Below are positions 9,965 to 19,279 of a stretch of DNA of 32,000 nt, piece after piece. A model generated the notes under the pieces. The model did not search any database. It was not told where the DNA came from and saw only the letters and a list, made by a program, of their open reading frames with translations. Each line of letters begins with the position of its first letter. The first letter of the stretch is position 1. The stretch comes from Wigglesworthia glossinidia endosymbiont of Glossina brevipalpis (GTDB lineage Bacteria > Pseudomonadota > Gammaproteobacteria > Enterobacterales > Enterobacteriaceae). The position numbers and the translations under genes are program-made. The stretch is taken from the NCBI GenBank assembly GCA_000008885.1, contig BA000021.3, positions 630,001-662,000 of the forward strand, read 5' to 3'.

Positions 9965-11062
9965 ATGTTTAACAAAACAAATAAAAAAATTAATATTTTA
10001 GGTAAAACCAGAGAAGAATTATATGACTTTTTCATAAAAATAGGAGAAGAAAAATTTAGAGCAGAACAAATAATGAAATGGATTTATAAACGTTACTGTG
10101 ACGATGTAAGTTTAATGACTGATTTTAGCAAAAATTTAAAAAATAAACTAAAAAATATTATAAAAATTGATCATTTAGATATTGAATCAGAAAATATATC
10201 CCAAGATGGGACAATTAAATGGGTTTTAAAAATAAACGATCAAAATATAGAAACTGTTTATATACCAGAAATAAATAGAGCTACATTATGTATTTCATCT
10301 CAAATAGGATGTGCTTTGAATTGCAAGTTTTGTGCTACATCATATCAAGGATTTAATAGAAATTTAAATTCATATGAAATTATTAGTCAGATTTGGTATG
10401 CTATGAAAATCATTAATGATAGAAACAATTTTAAATTGAAAAAAATAACTAACATAGTAATGATGGGAATGGGAGAGCCTCTTTTAAATTTAAAAAATTT
10501 AGTTCCTGCTATAAAAATAATTTTAGATAATTATGGATTTGGTTTGTCCAAGCGTAGAATTACAATATCAACAGCTGGAATATCTCCTGTAATAAAAAAA
10601 TTAGGAAAATTAATAGATGTTAAATTGGCAATTTCATTGCATGCTCCTAATGACATTATAAGAAATAAAATCATGCCTATTAACAAAAAGTATAATATTA
10701 AATCGATTTTGTTATCTGCAAAAAAATATATTTCTACGTCAAAAGCTAATAAAGGAAAAATTTCTATAGAATATATTATGTTAAATGAAATAAACGATAA
10801 AACAGAACATGCATATCAATTAATAAATTGTTTAAAAAATATTCCATGTAAAATAAATTTAATTCCATGGAATCCTTTTCCTTATGTAAAATATAAATGT
10901 AGCAATTTTAATAAAATTAATAATTTTTATAAAATTTTAATTAAACACGGTATTACTACAACCATTAGAAAACAAAGAGGAATTGATATAAAAGCTGCAT
11001 GTGGTCAATTATCAGGCAATGTAATTAATCGGATAAACAAAAGAAATATCATCAATTTTTAA
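9965..11062 (+). CDS. rlmN: 23S rRNA/tRNA (adenine-C2)-methyltransferase RlmN, radical SAM
   Basis: FRAEQIMKWIY...DGTIKW...ETVYIPE..RATLCISSQIGCALNCKFCAT..QGFNRNL...MGMGEPLLN...LAISLHAPND.IRN.IMPINKKYNI...CKINLIPWNPFP...AACGQL. The CxxxCxxC radical-SAM motif is present. I prefer ATG 9965 (365 aa) over the ORF-track TTG at 9914. The gene follows ndk, as in E. coli. Confidence 0.93.
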   Translation: MFNKTNKKINILGKTREELYDFFIKIGEEKFRAEQIMKWIYKRYCDDVSLMTDFSKNLKNKLKNIIKIDHLDIESENISQDGTIKWVLKINDQNIETVYIPEINRATLCISSQIGCALNCKFCATSYQGFNRNLNSYEIISQIWYAMKIINDRNNFKLKKITNIVMMGMGEPLLNLKNLVPAIKIILDNYGFGLSKRRITISTAGISPVIKKLGKLIDVKLAISLHAPNDIIRNKIMPINKKYNIKSILLSAKKYISTSKANKGKISIEYIMLNEINDKTEHAYQLINCLKNIPCKINLIPWNPFPYVKYKCSNFNKINNFYKILIKHGITTTIRKQRGIDIKAACGQLSGNVINRINKRNIINF

Positions 11063-11231
11063 ATTTAAATTAATTAACAATAGTATATAAATAATAAATA
11101 TGATAATTTATTTATAAAAGTATTTATTAAATATTTAATTAAGAATAATAAAAAATTTAAATTTAATATTCATTAAATAATTAATTTCATTAAATTTTAA
11201 AAAATAAAATATAACAAATGATATTAAAGAT

Positions 11232-11708
11232 ATGAATAACGATGATAAAGAAAAAAAAATAAATTCCAATACAGTTGGAAAATCTTTAAAAACAGCAAGA
11301 GAAAATTTAGGATGGAGTCAAGAGAAAGTATCTAAAAAATTATGCCTCAAAGTATCAACAATACAAGATATAGAAAATAATTATATTAATTCAAATTTAG
11401 ATAAAACTTTTTTATATGGATATATTAGATCTTATGCAAGATTAGTAAAACTAACAGATAAAAATTTTTTAGTATTAATAGAAAATAACAAAAAAAATAA
11501 TTTTAATAAAATTAAATCTACTAGTAATTTTAAAAAATTAATAAAATATAAAAAAAAAGATATATGGTTAATAAGAATTACATGGATATTATTTTTTATA
11601 ATAATTATTTTAACAGGAATGTGGTGGTGGAAAAATTATCACACTAATAATAAAGATATATTAAATTATAAAAATTTATTTTTTCATAATTCATCTCAAA
11701 ATTTTTAA
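11232..11708 (+). CDS. rodZ: Cytoskeleton protein RodZ, truncated form (HTH plus TM only)
   Basis: 158 aa. GKSLKTARENLGWSQEKVSKKLCLKVSTIQDIENN......FLYGYIRSYARLV matches the E. coli RodZ N-terminal HTH domain. It is followed by KKKDIWLIRITWILFFIIIILTGMWWW, equivalent to E. coli [27 protein letters not shown]. The position between rlmN and ispG is syntenic. E. coli RodZ is 337 aa. Confidence 0.88.
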   Translation: MNNDDKEKKINSNTVGKSLKTARENLGWSQEKVSKKLCLKVSTIQDIENNYINSNLDKTFLYGYIRSYARLVKLTDKNFLVLIENNKKNNFNKIKSTSNFKKLIKYKKKDIWLIRITWILFFIIIILTGMWWWKNYHTNNKDILNYKNLFFHNSSQNF

Positions 11709-11778
11709 AAAAATATAATATTAAACAAAATGATTTTTATCTATATTAAATAAATATTTTAATTAACGACGCGTTAAA

Positions 11779-12879
11779 ATGAAAATTAATAATTATATTA
11801 TTAGAAGAAAATCAAAAAAAATTTACATAAAAAATGTTCCAATAGGTGGAGATTCTCCTATTTCCGTACAATCAATGACAAATACTTGTACAACAGATAT
11901 AAATTCTACTATTTCTCAAATAAATAAATTACAAAAAGCTGGAGCAGATATAGTTAGAGTATCTATCCCCACATTAGAAGCTGCAGAATCCTTTAAAATA
12001 ATAAAAAGAAATGTTTCTATTCCAATAGTTGCAGATATACATTTTGATTACAGAATAGCTTTAAAAGCTGCTGAATACGGAGCGGATTGTTTGAGAATAA
12101 ATCCAGGAAATATAGGGAAGCTAAATAGAATTATTTCTGTTGTGAGTACAGCTAAAGAAAAAAAATTACCTATTAGAATAGGAGTGAATTCTGGATCTTT
12201 AGAAAAAGATATAGAAAATAAATACGGAATTAATAATCCAAAATCTTTGTTTGAATCAGCAATGAGGCATGTTAACATTTTAGAAAAATTAAATTTTGAC
12301 ATGTTTAAAGTTAGTGTTAAATCTTCAGATGTATTAACTTGTGTACAATCATATAAATTATTAGCATCTAAAATAGATCAGCCTTTACATCTTGGGATAA
12401 CAGAATCAGGAAGTATGTTGCATGGTTCAATAAAATCTTCTATAGGAATTGGATTATTGTTGAGTGAAGGAATAGGAGACACTTTGAGAGTTTCTTTAGC
12501 AGCAGATCCAATTGAAGAAGTCAAAGTGGGATTTAGCATTTTAAGATCATTAAATATTAGAAAAAGAGGAATAAATTTTATTGCTTGTCCTACTTGTTCT
12601 AGACAAGAATTTGATGTAATAAATGTTGTTAATGTTTTAGAAAAAAGATTAGAAGATGTTATTACTCCAATGAATGTCTCTGTAATTGGTTGCATGGTGA
12701 ATGGATTGGGAGAAGCTAATAGAGCTGATATTGGAATTTCTGGAAGCCGAAATAAAAGTATTTTATTTGAAAATGGATTAAGAAATAATAATAAAATTAA
12801 TAATGAAGAAATAATTGATAAATTAGAAAAATATATCAGAAAAAAAGTAAAAATTTTAAACTTAAAAAACAATTGTTGA
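11779..12879 (+). CDS. ispG: 4-hydroxy-3-methylbut-2-en-1-yl diphosphate synthase (MEP pathway)
   Basis: 366 aa (E. coli 372). [12 protein letters not shown]...[14 protein letters not shown]...AA.....I......[32 protein letters not shown]...[14 protein letters not shown]...[13 protein letters not shown]. The Cys ligands are present. Confidence 0.96.
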   Translation: MKINNYIIRRKSKKIYIKNVPIGGDSPISVQSMTNTCTTDINSTISQINKLQKAGADIVRVSIPTLEAAESFKIIKRNVSIPIVADIHFDYRIALKAAEYGADCLRINPGNIGKLNRIISVVSTAKEKKLPIRIGVNSGSLEKDIENKYGINNPKSLFESAMRHVNILEKLNFDMFKVSVKSSDVLTCVQSYKLLASKIDQPLHLGITESGSMLHGSIKSSIGIGLLLSEGIGDTLRVSLAADPIEEVKVGFSILRSLNIRKRGINFIACPTCSRQEFDVINVVNVLEKRLEDVITPMNVSVIGCMVNGLGEANRADIGISGSRNKSILFENGLRNNNKINNEEIIDKLEKYIRKKVKILNLKNNC

Positions 12880-12901
12880 TATTTTATTTAAACAATAATA
12901 T

Positions 12902-14200
12902 ATGAAAAAAAATTTAATTATTAGCAACGTAAGAGGATCAAAAGACATAACACCAGAATGCATGCATATATGGAATTATGTTGAAACAAAAATAATAAAA
13001 ATAGTTGATAGTTATAATTATAAAGAAATTAGATTTCCAATTATGGAATTTGCTAAATTATTTTCTAAAGCTATTGGTGATGATAATATAGTGGTAAATA
13101 AGGAAATGTATATTTTTTTAGATAAAAACAAACATGAACTAGCTTTAAGGCCAGAAGGTACTGCTGGATGTGTTAGATCTTGTATTTTTAATAAATTATT
13201 AAAAAATAATATAACAAGATTATGGTATATGGGCCCAATGTTTAGATACGAAAGACCTCAAAAAGGAAGGCAAAGACAATTTTCTCAATTAGGCATAGAA
13301 ATTTTTGGGTCAGATAGTTACAGTGCAGAATTTGAATTAATTTCTATTTCTAATAGAATATGGAAATCTTTAAATATAAATAAACACGTATATTTAGAAT
13401 TAAATTCTATAGGAAACTTACAAGAAAGACAAACATATCAAATTGAATTAAAAAAATTTTTATTAATACATGAAGATAAAATAAAAAAATTTTTTTTGAA
13501 TGATATTACTAAAAATCCAATTAAAATATTTAATACAAATAACAAGTATATAAAAAATTTATTAAAACAAGCTCCTAAAATTATTGATTCAATAGGAATT
13601 AATTCAAGAAATACATTTTTTTATTTATGTGATATTTTAAAAAATTTAAAAATTCCATATAAAATAAATCCTTTTTTATTCAGAGGGTTAGATTATTACA
13701 ATGATATAGTATTTGAATGGATGTCAAAAGAAATAAATAATACTAAAATTGCAATTTGTAGCGGAGGAAGGTATGACAATTTAGTTAAAAACATGGGTGG
13801 TATTTATACTCCAGCTGTAGGTTGTGCAATTGGTTTAGAACGTTTAATTATGTTAGTAAGTTCTCTTTCAAAAGAAATAAAAAAAAAGTCTTCCATAGAT
13901 ATTTGCATAATTCCTATAAATATAAAAATAGAAAAAGAAGTTTTAATTTTTTCAGAAAAATTAAGAGATATTTTTTCTTATAAATTAAGAATTAAAGTTG
14001 ATAATAGTCAAAAAAATTTTAAAAAAAAATTAAAAGATGCTGATAAATTAGGATCAAAGATTGTTATAATATTAGGGGAAAATGAAATAAAAAATAAACA
14101 AATAACAATAAAAAATTTATCAACAAGAAAACAATATACTTTATACATAGATGATGCAATTGAAAAAATTAAAAAAATTTTTACAAAAAACATTCAATAA
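12902..14200 (+). CDS. hisS: Histidine--tRNA ligase
   Basis: 432 aa. ...EIRFPIME...F..AIG....VV.KEMY.F.D.N...[14 protein letters not shown]......[30 protein letters not shown]...GGRYDNL matches E. coli HisRS. Confidence 0.96.
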
Positions 14201-14240
14201 AAATTTTTATGAAAAAAATTAATTATATTAAGAAATTTAT

Positions 14241-14267
14241 AAAAAAAAATTTTTTTTATTTTTTTTT
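14241..14267 (+). other. A9-T8-A-T9 homopolymer block at the yfgM frame break (candidate slippage site)
   Basis: Read directly from the sequence: A9 at 14241-14249, T8 at 14250-14257, A at 14258, T9 at 14259-14267. The frame starting at ATG 14209 ends at TAA 14269-14271. The yfgM frame is open from 14232. Confidence 0.8.
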
Positions 14268-14294
14268 ATAATAATATCATTATCAATAATAACA

Positions 14295-14696
14295 GTGTAT
14301 GCATTCGCTTCATATAATGCAAAAAAAGAAAAAGAAATTTTTTTATCTATGGATGAATGGAATAAAATACAATTTAATTTAATTAAAAATATTTACGAGA
14401 TAAAAAAATATGATAAACAGGCAGAAGAGTATGAAAATATTTATTCTATTTTAGTATTATTAGGAAAAGCAAAAATTAGTGTAGAACAAAGCAATTTTAA
14501 AAAATCTGAGTTTTATTTAGAAAATGCTTTGATGAAAGCTAAAGATGAAAATTTAAAATCTTTGATATCTTTGAGATTATCTAAAGTAATGATACAGCAA
14601 AAAAAAATAGATAAAGCTATAAATATATTAAATAAAATAGATCAACCTGGATGGAAAGATTTATCTTTAAATATATTAAATAATATTAAAAAATAA
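14295..14696 (+). CDS. yfgM: YfgM-like protein, long ORF only; the ancestral start is probably ATG 14209 in another frame (see findings)
   Basis: DENLKSLISLRLSKVMIQQKKIDKAINILNKIDQPGWKDLSLNIL aligns with E. coli YfgM DENLKAVINLRLARVQVQLKQADAALKTLDTIKGEGWAAIVADL. The position between hisS and der is syntenic. The ORF-track start is GTG 14295. The hydrophobic anchor (FFLFFFIIISLSIITVYAF) is encoded in the same frame upstream, without a canonical start codon. Confidence 0.65.
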   Translation: MYAFASYNAKKEKEIFLSMDEWNKIQFNLIKNIYEIKKYDKQAEEYENIYSILVLLGKAKISVEQSNFKKSEFYLENALMKAKDENLKSLISLRLSKVMIQQKKIDKAINILNKIDQPGWKDLSLNILNNIKK

Positions 14697-14791
14697 AATA
14701 TATATGTTTAATATACAATATTATAAATAACAACAGTTAAAATTTTTATAAATATAATAAAAATTTAATAATTAAATAAAAATAAAAAAAT

Positions 14792-16162
14792 ATGAATCTT
14801 ATTGTTTCAATAATAGGAAAGCAAAATTCTGGAAAATCTACTTTATTTAATAAACTTACAAAAAAAAGACGAGCTTTAGTTTCTAAAGATCCAGGATTTA
14901 CTTCAGATAGACAATATCTTTTAAGAATTTGGAAAAAAAGAAAATTTATTTTTATAGATACACCATCTATTTATTTAATAAATAAAAAAAGCAAATTCAA
15001 TAATCAATCAATTATTGCTATAGAAGAATCACATGTAATACTTCTAGTTATACGATATGAGTCTTATGGTTCATTAGATAATCATCTAAGCATAATAGCT
15101 TTTTTAAAAAGAAATAAAAAAAATTTTTTTGTAATTCTAAATTTAGATGATAATTTTAACAAAAATTATAATTTTACAGATAAAATTTATTTTTTAGGCA
15201 TTGATAAAATATGTTATTTAAATTTTTTAAAAGAAAATAATTTTAAAAAAATATTTAAAAATATATTATATCCAGAACATTTATCTTCTTTCAAAGAATC
15301 TAACAAAAATAACAAAGTTTCATCTGCAATAAAAAATTTAACATTGAACAAAATAGAAATGGATAAATATCCAAAAATAGCAATTATAGGTCGTCCAAAT
15401 TCTGGAAAATCTACATTAATGAATTGTATTTTAAGACAAAATAGATCTACCGTATCCAATTCACCAGGAACAACAAAAGATGTTTTATATAGCTTATACT
15501 CTAATAAAGAAAAAACTTATTTGTTTATCGACACTGCCGGTCTAGTAAAGAAAAAAAATTTTGTACATATAAATAAATCAGTAATAAAAAACACATTAAA
15601 TGTAATTAAAAAAATTGATGTATCTATTCTTGTGATAGATTCTTGCGTAGGAATTACCAAGCAAGATTTATTTTTTTTAAATTATATATTAAAATATAAT
15701 AAATCTTTAATAATAGCAGTTAATAAGTTAGATTTAATATCTAAAAAAAATAAAAAAGAAATAAAAGAAAAAATAATAAAAAAAATTAGTTTTTTTAAAT
15801 TTATAAAAATACATTTTATATCAGCTATATGTTCTTTTGGAATAAATAATCTTTTATATTCAATAAAAGCAACTTACAAAAATAAATTATTAAAGTTTGA
15901 AACTTCTAAATTAACACGTATTTTAAGAAAAGCTACTTTTAACAATCAACCTCCTATGTTAAATGGTATAAGATCTAAATTAAAATATGCTCATCCTGGT
16001 GGATATAATCCTTTAGTTATTGTTATACATGGTATAAAGGTTATATCTTTACCTAAAAACTATATTTCTTATTTAAAAAAATTTTTCATAAAAGAACTAA
16101 ATATTATTGGTACATCTTTAAAAATAAAATTCATTAGTTCTATCAATCCGTATTCAAAATAA
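14792..16162 (+). CDS. der: Ribosome-associated GTPase Der (EngA), tandem G domains
   Basis: 456 aa. The first P-loop is GKQNSGKSTLFNKL. The second domain has IAIIGRPNSGKSTLMN, GTTKD, DTAG and NKLD. The C-terminal KH-like region LRKATFNNQPPMLNGIRSKLKYAHPGGYNPLVIVIHG matches E. coli Der. It is the last gene of the syntenic ndk-der block. Confidence 0.93.
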   Translation: MNLIVSIIGKQNSGKSTLFNKLTKKRRALVSKDPGFTSDRQYLLRIWKKRKFIFIDTPSIYLINKKSKFNNQSIIAIEESHVILLVIRYESYGSLDNHLSIIAFLKRNKKNFFVILNLDDNFNKNYNFTDKIYFLGIDKICYLNFLKENNFKKIFKNILYPEHLSSFKESNKNNKVSSAIKNLTLNKIEMDKYPKIAIIGRPNSGKSTLMNCILRQNRSTVSNSPGTTKDVLYSLYSNKEKTYLFIDTAGLVKKKNFVHINKSVIKNTLNVIKKIDVSILVIDSCVGITKQDLFFLNYILKYNKSLIIAVNKLDLISKKNKKEIKEKIIKKISFFKFIKIHFISAICSFGINNLLYSIKATYKNKLLKFETSKLTRILRKATFNNQPPMLNGIRSKLKYAHPGGYNPLVIVIHGIKVISLPKNYISYLKKFFIKELNIIGTSLKIKFISSINPYSK

Positions 16163-16209
16163 TTATTTAAAATAATGTCCTTAATGTTAATATTTATTTA
16201 ATTAATAAA

Positions 16210-17835
16210 TTAAAAATTAATTTTTGGTTCAAATTTAATTAATTTTTTTCCTAACTTTGTATGTGAAAATTTTTTAAAATTTTTAATAAATTTTTTAGAT
16301 AAAATAGTTGCTTGTTTGATCCATTCTTCATTTGAAGAAAAAAAATTTCTAGGATCTAAAAATAGATCAGGCACTCCTTCAATTTTCTTTGGAATTTTCA
16401 AATTGAAAATTGGTATATAATTTTCATCAATAAATTCTATTTTATCATCTAGAATAGCGTTTATTATTGATCTTGTATATTCAAGAGAATATCTTTCTCT
16501 TTTACCATTCCATCCTGTATTAACTAAAAATATTTTTGAATTATAATATTTTATATATCTTAATAATATTTTAGCATAAACAGTAGGATGTAAAGATAAA
16601 AAAGCTTCACCAAAACAAGAGGAAAAAGTAGGTTCTGGATCAATTATTCCACGTTCTGTTCCAGATAATTTAGATGTAAATCCAGATAAAAAATAATATT
16701 GTCCTTGAAAATATGATAATTTAGAAACAAATGGGAATACTCCAAATGCATCTGCTGTTAAAAATATAATATTCTTAGGATGTCCTGACTGGGAAATAGG
16801 CTTAACTATATTTTTAATATGATTAATTGGATATGATACTCTAGAATTTTCTGTTTTTGTTCCATCAAAAAAGTTTATGTTTGAATCTTTCAATACCATA
16901 ACATTTTCTAAAATAGCATTTTTTTTTATAGCATTAAAAATTTCTGGTTCTTTTTCTTCAGATAAGTTAATAGTTTTAGCATAACATCCTCCTTCAAAAT
17001 TAAAAACACCATCCTTACACCATCCATGCTCATCATCTCCTATTAAATATCTTTTTGAGTCAGTAGATAATGTAGTTTTTCCAGTTCCTGATAGTCCAAA
17101 AAATAAAGCTACGTCTTTTTTAAATCCCTCATTGGCAGAACAATGCATAGATGCTATATTTTTTAAAGGTAATATGTAATTCATTACAGAAAATAAACCT
17201 TTTTTTATTTCACCTCCATACCATGTTCCACCTATCAACAAAGTATTTTCAGTTAAATTTATTGCAATAAAATTTTCTGAATTTAATTTATGATCTTTCC
17301 ATTTTTTATTAATTGCTTTTGGAACACTAAATACGGTAAAATCTTGTAAAAATTTATTTAATTCTTGTTCGATTGGTTCTATAAACATGTTTTTAAAAAA
17401 ATGAGCTTGCCATGCGATATCAGTAATAAATCTTACTTTTAATCTATTTTTTTTATTAGCACCGCAAAAAGCGTCTATTACAAATAATTTTTTATTATTT
17501 AAATTATTTGCAATTAATTTTTTTAGATCTTTCCATGTTTCGTTGTTTATAGGATGATTATTACTTTTGTGATTATTATCGTCTGACCACCAAATAATGT
17601 TTTTTGTTTTTTCATCTCTTACATAATATTTATCTTTTGGAGATCTTCCAGTAAATTTTCCTGTGTCTACAGCAATTGCTTGTAATTTAGTCAATATACA
17701 TCTTTCTAATCCTTTTAAATTTTTATTAGTTTCTTCTTTAAATAAAGTGTCATAATTTGGATTATAAATAATATTAGAATATTGCTCTATGCCGACTTGA
17801 TTTAAAGTAATCAAAATATTTTCTTTATTTTTCAT
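16210..17835 (-). CDS. pckA: Phosphoenolpyruvate carboxykinase (ATP)
   Basis: 541 aa (E. coli 540). [16 protein letters not shown]...IWW...N.......F.....HCSAN.G...[28 protein letters not shown]...[12 protein letters not shown] matches ATP-dependent PckA, including the kinase-1a loop. Confidence 0.97.
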   Translation of the reverse strand: MKNKENILITLNQVGIEQYSNIIYNPNYDTLFKEETNKNLKGLERCILTKLQAIAVDTGKFTGRSPKDKYYVRDEKTKNIIWWSDDNNHKSNNHPINNETWKDLKKLIANNLNNKKLFVIDAFCGANKKNRLKVRFITDIAWQAHFFKNMFIEPIEQELNKFLQDFTVFSVPKAINKKWKDHKLNSENFIAINLTENTLLIGGTWYGGEIKKGLFSVMNYILPLKNIASMHCSANEGFKKDVALFFGLSGTGKTTLSTDSKRYLIGDDEHGWCKDGVFNFEGGCYAKTINLSEEKEPEIFNAIKKNAILENVMVLKDSNINFFDGTKTENSRVSYPINHIKNIVKPISQSGHPKNIIFLTADAFGVFPFVSKLSYFQGQYYFLSGFTSKLSGTERGIIDPEPTFSSCFGEAFLSLHPTVYAKILLRYIKYYNSKIFLVNTGWNGKRERYSLEYTRSIINAILDDKIEFIDENYIPIFNLKIPKKIEGVPDLFLDPRNFFSSNEEWIKQATILSKKFIKNFKKFSHTKLGKKLIKFEPKINF

Positions 17836-18309
17836 ATTACACCTAATTTTTATGATGAAAATAAACTATAAATAATACCCTAAAGTATCTTATATTATAT
17901 TTTATTAATATAATATATGTATTTTTAAATAAATAAATATAAAATAATCAATAAAAATATATTATATTAAACAATATTTTCACATTTTTATTAATTTAAT
18001 GTATTTAATTTTTATTAAAATTAATTAATTATAATTTAAATGTACTATTTATATAATTGATACAAATTTTTATAGATTAATTTGAATAAATTGGTTAGAG
18101 TTTTATATTATAATTTTAATTATACTTTAATAATTTTTAATGTTTTTTAAAAAATTATTTAAATAATATTATACTAATTATAATAATTTAATTTTTATTA
18201 AAAAAACAATTTTTAATAAAAATATTAAATAATTTATTTTATATAATGGTGGTCTCGATAATTTTAAAAATTGAGATTTGTTAATAACATACTTATTAGT
18301 ATTAAAAAT

Positions 18310-18831
18310 ATGGTAGAAAAAAGAAATATTTTTTTAATTGGTCCTATGGGAGCTGGAAAAAGCACCATTGGAAGACAAATATCTCAGCAACTAAGCATGG
18401 AATTTTTTGATTCTGACCAAGAAATAGAAAAAAGAACAGGAGCAGATATATCTTGGGTATTAGACTTAGAAGGAGAAAATAAATTTAGAATTAGAGAAGA
18501 AAAAATAATAAATGAGATTACAGAAAAACAAGGAATTGTTCTTGCAACTGGAGGAGGATCAATTCAATCTAGAAAAACTAGAAATCGTTTATCTGCTAGA
18601 GGTCTTGTAGTTTATTTAGAAACAACTATAGATAAACAATTAGATAGAACTAAAAGAGATAAAAAAAAACCAATTTTACAAAATAAAAATTCTGTTAAAT
18701 CTTTTTTAGAAAAATTAGCGACAGAAAGAAATCCTCTATATGAGGACATAGCAGATTTAATTATAAAAACAGATTTTAAAAGCGCAAAAATAATAGCACA
18801 TCAAATAATTAATACTTTGTTTAAAACTTAA
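18310..18831 (+). CDS. aroK: Shikimate kinase I
   Basis: 173 aa from ATG 18310, as in E. coli. [119 protein letters not shown] is about 70% identical to E. coli AroK by eye. The ORF-track start at 18271 is a TTG extension. Confidence 0.95.
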   Translation: MVEKRNIFLIGPMGAGKSTIGRQISQQLSMEFFDSDQEIEKRTGADISWVLDLEGENKFRIREEKIINEITEKQGIVLATGGGSIQSRKTRNRLSARGLVVYLETTIDKQLDRTKRDKKKPILQNKNSVKSFLEKLATERNPLYEDIADLIIKTDFKSAKIIAHQIINTLFKT

Positions 18832-19279
18832 CTTTATATAATAATATTTACTTTATTAATTAAATAATATGATGTAATATATAAAATATTTCAAATATAA
18901 ATATTTTATTTTTAAATAAATAAATCTCAGAAACTATACATATAAATTATATTTTGAATGATAATTAAATTTATAGCTATATTGATAAAACTATATTAAA
19001 GATTTTATTAAATTAAAAATAAAAATACAAAACATTAATTTATTTTAAATGTAAATATAAAATCTTTACATAAATAATTAATATTATCATTTGCAATTAA
19101 ATAACTTTTAAAATTATTAATAAAAATTATATTTTATATAACATTAAAATATTAAATTAATTATAATTAAATTTATTTTATAAAATATAAATTTTTTAAA
19201 ATATTTTTTTATAAAAATAAAAAAATAAATAAATTGATTATTAAAATTTAAAATAACTGGTAATCATATAAGGTATAAT

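Noticed and set aside
12378-12872. 164-aa ORF antisense to ispG. Similar antisense or overlapping ORFs occur at 131-331, 926-1192, 1294-1599, 7048-7263, 8221-8424, 12048-12302, 14008-14193, 15214-15459, 19264-19473, 19645-19827, 19855-20055, 21554-21874, 25816-26004 and 30478-30687.
   Set aside because: All lie opposite or across strongly conserved genes. They translate to low-complexity F/I/L/K-rich strings with no recognisable family and have no start context. They are the expected by-product of AAA/AAT/ATT-rich codon usage, which leaves few stop codons in the antisense frames.
14209-14271. 20-codon ORF (MKKINYIKKFIKKNFFYFFL) considered as an independent small gene or leader peptide.
   Set aside because: Its sequence and position match the N-terminus of YfgM. 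It ends within the homopolymer block, where the yfgM frame continues. A frameshifted yfgM 5' end is the more economical explanation.
19049-19071. Hairpin ATGTAAA-N9-TTTACAT in the aroK-damX spacer, and the palindrome AACTTTA-T-TAAAGTT at about 29303-29317 upstream of asnB.
   Set aside because: These are short 7-bp, mostly A:T stems with no flanking features such as a T-tract or conserved boxes. They are within chance expectation.
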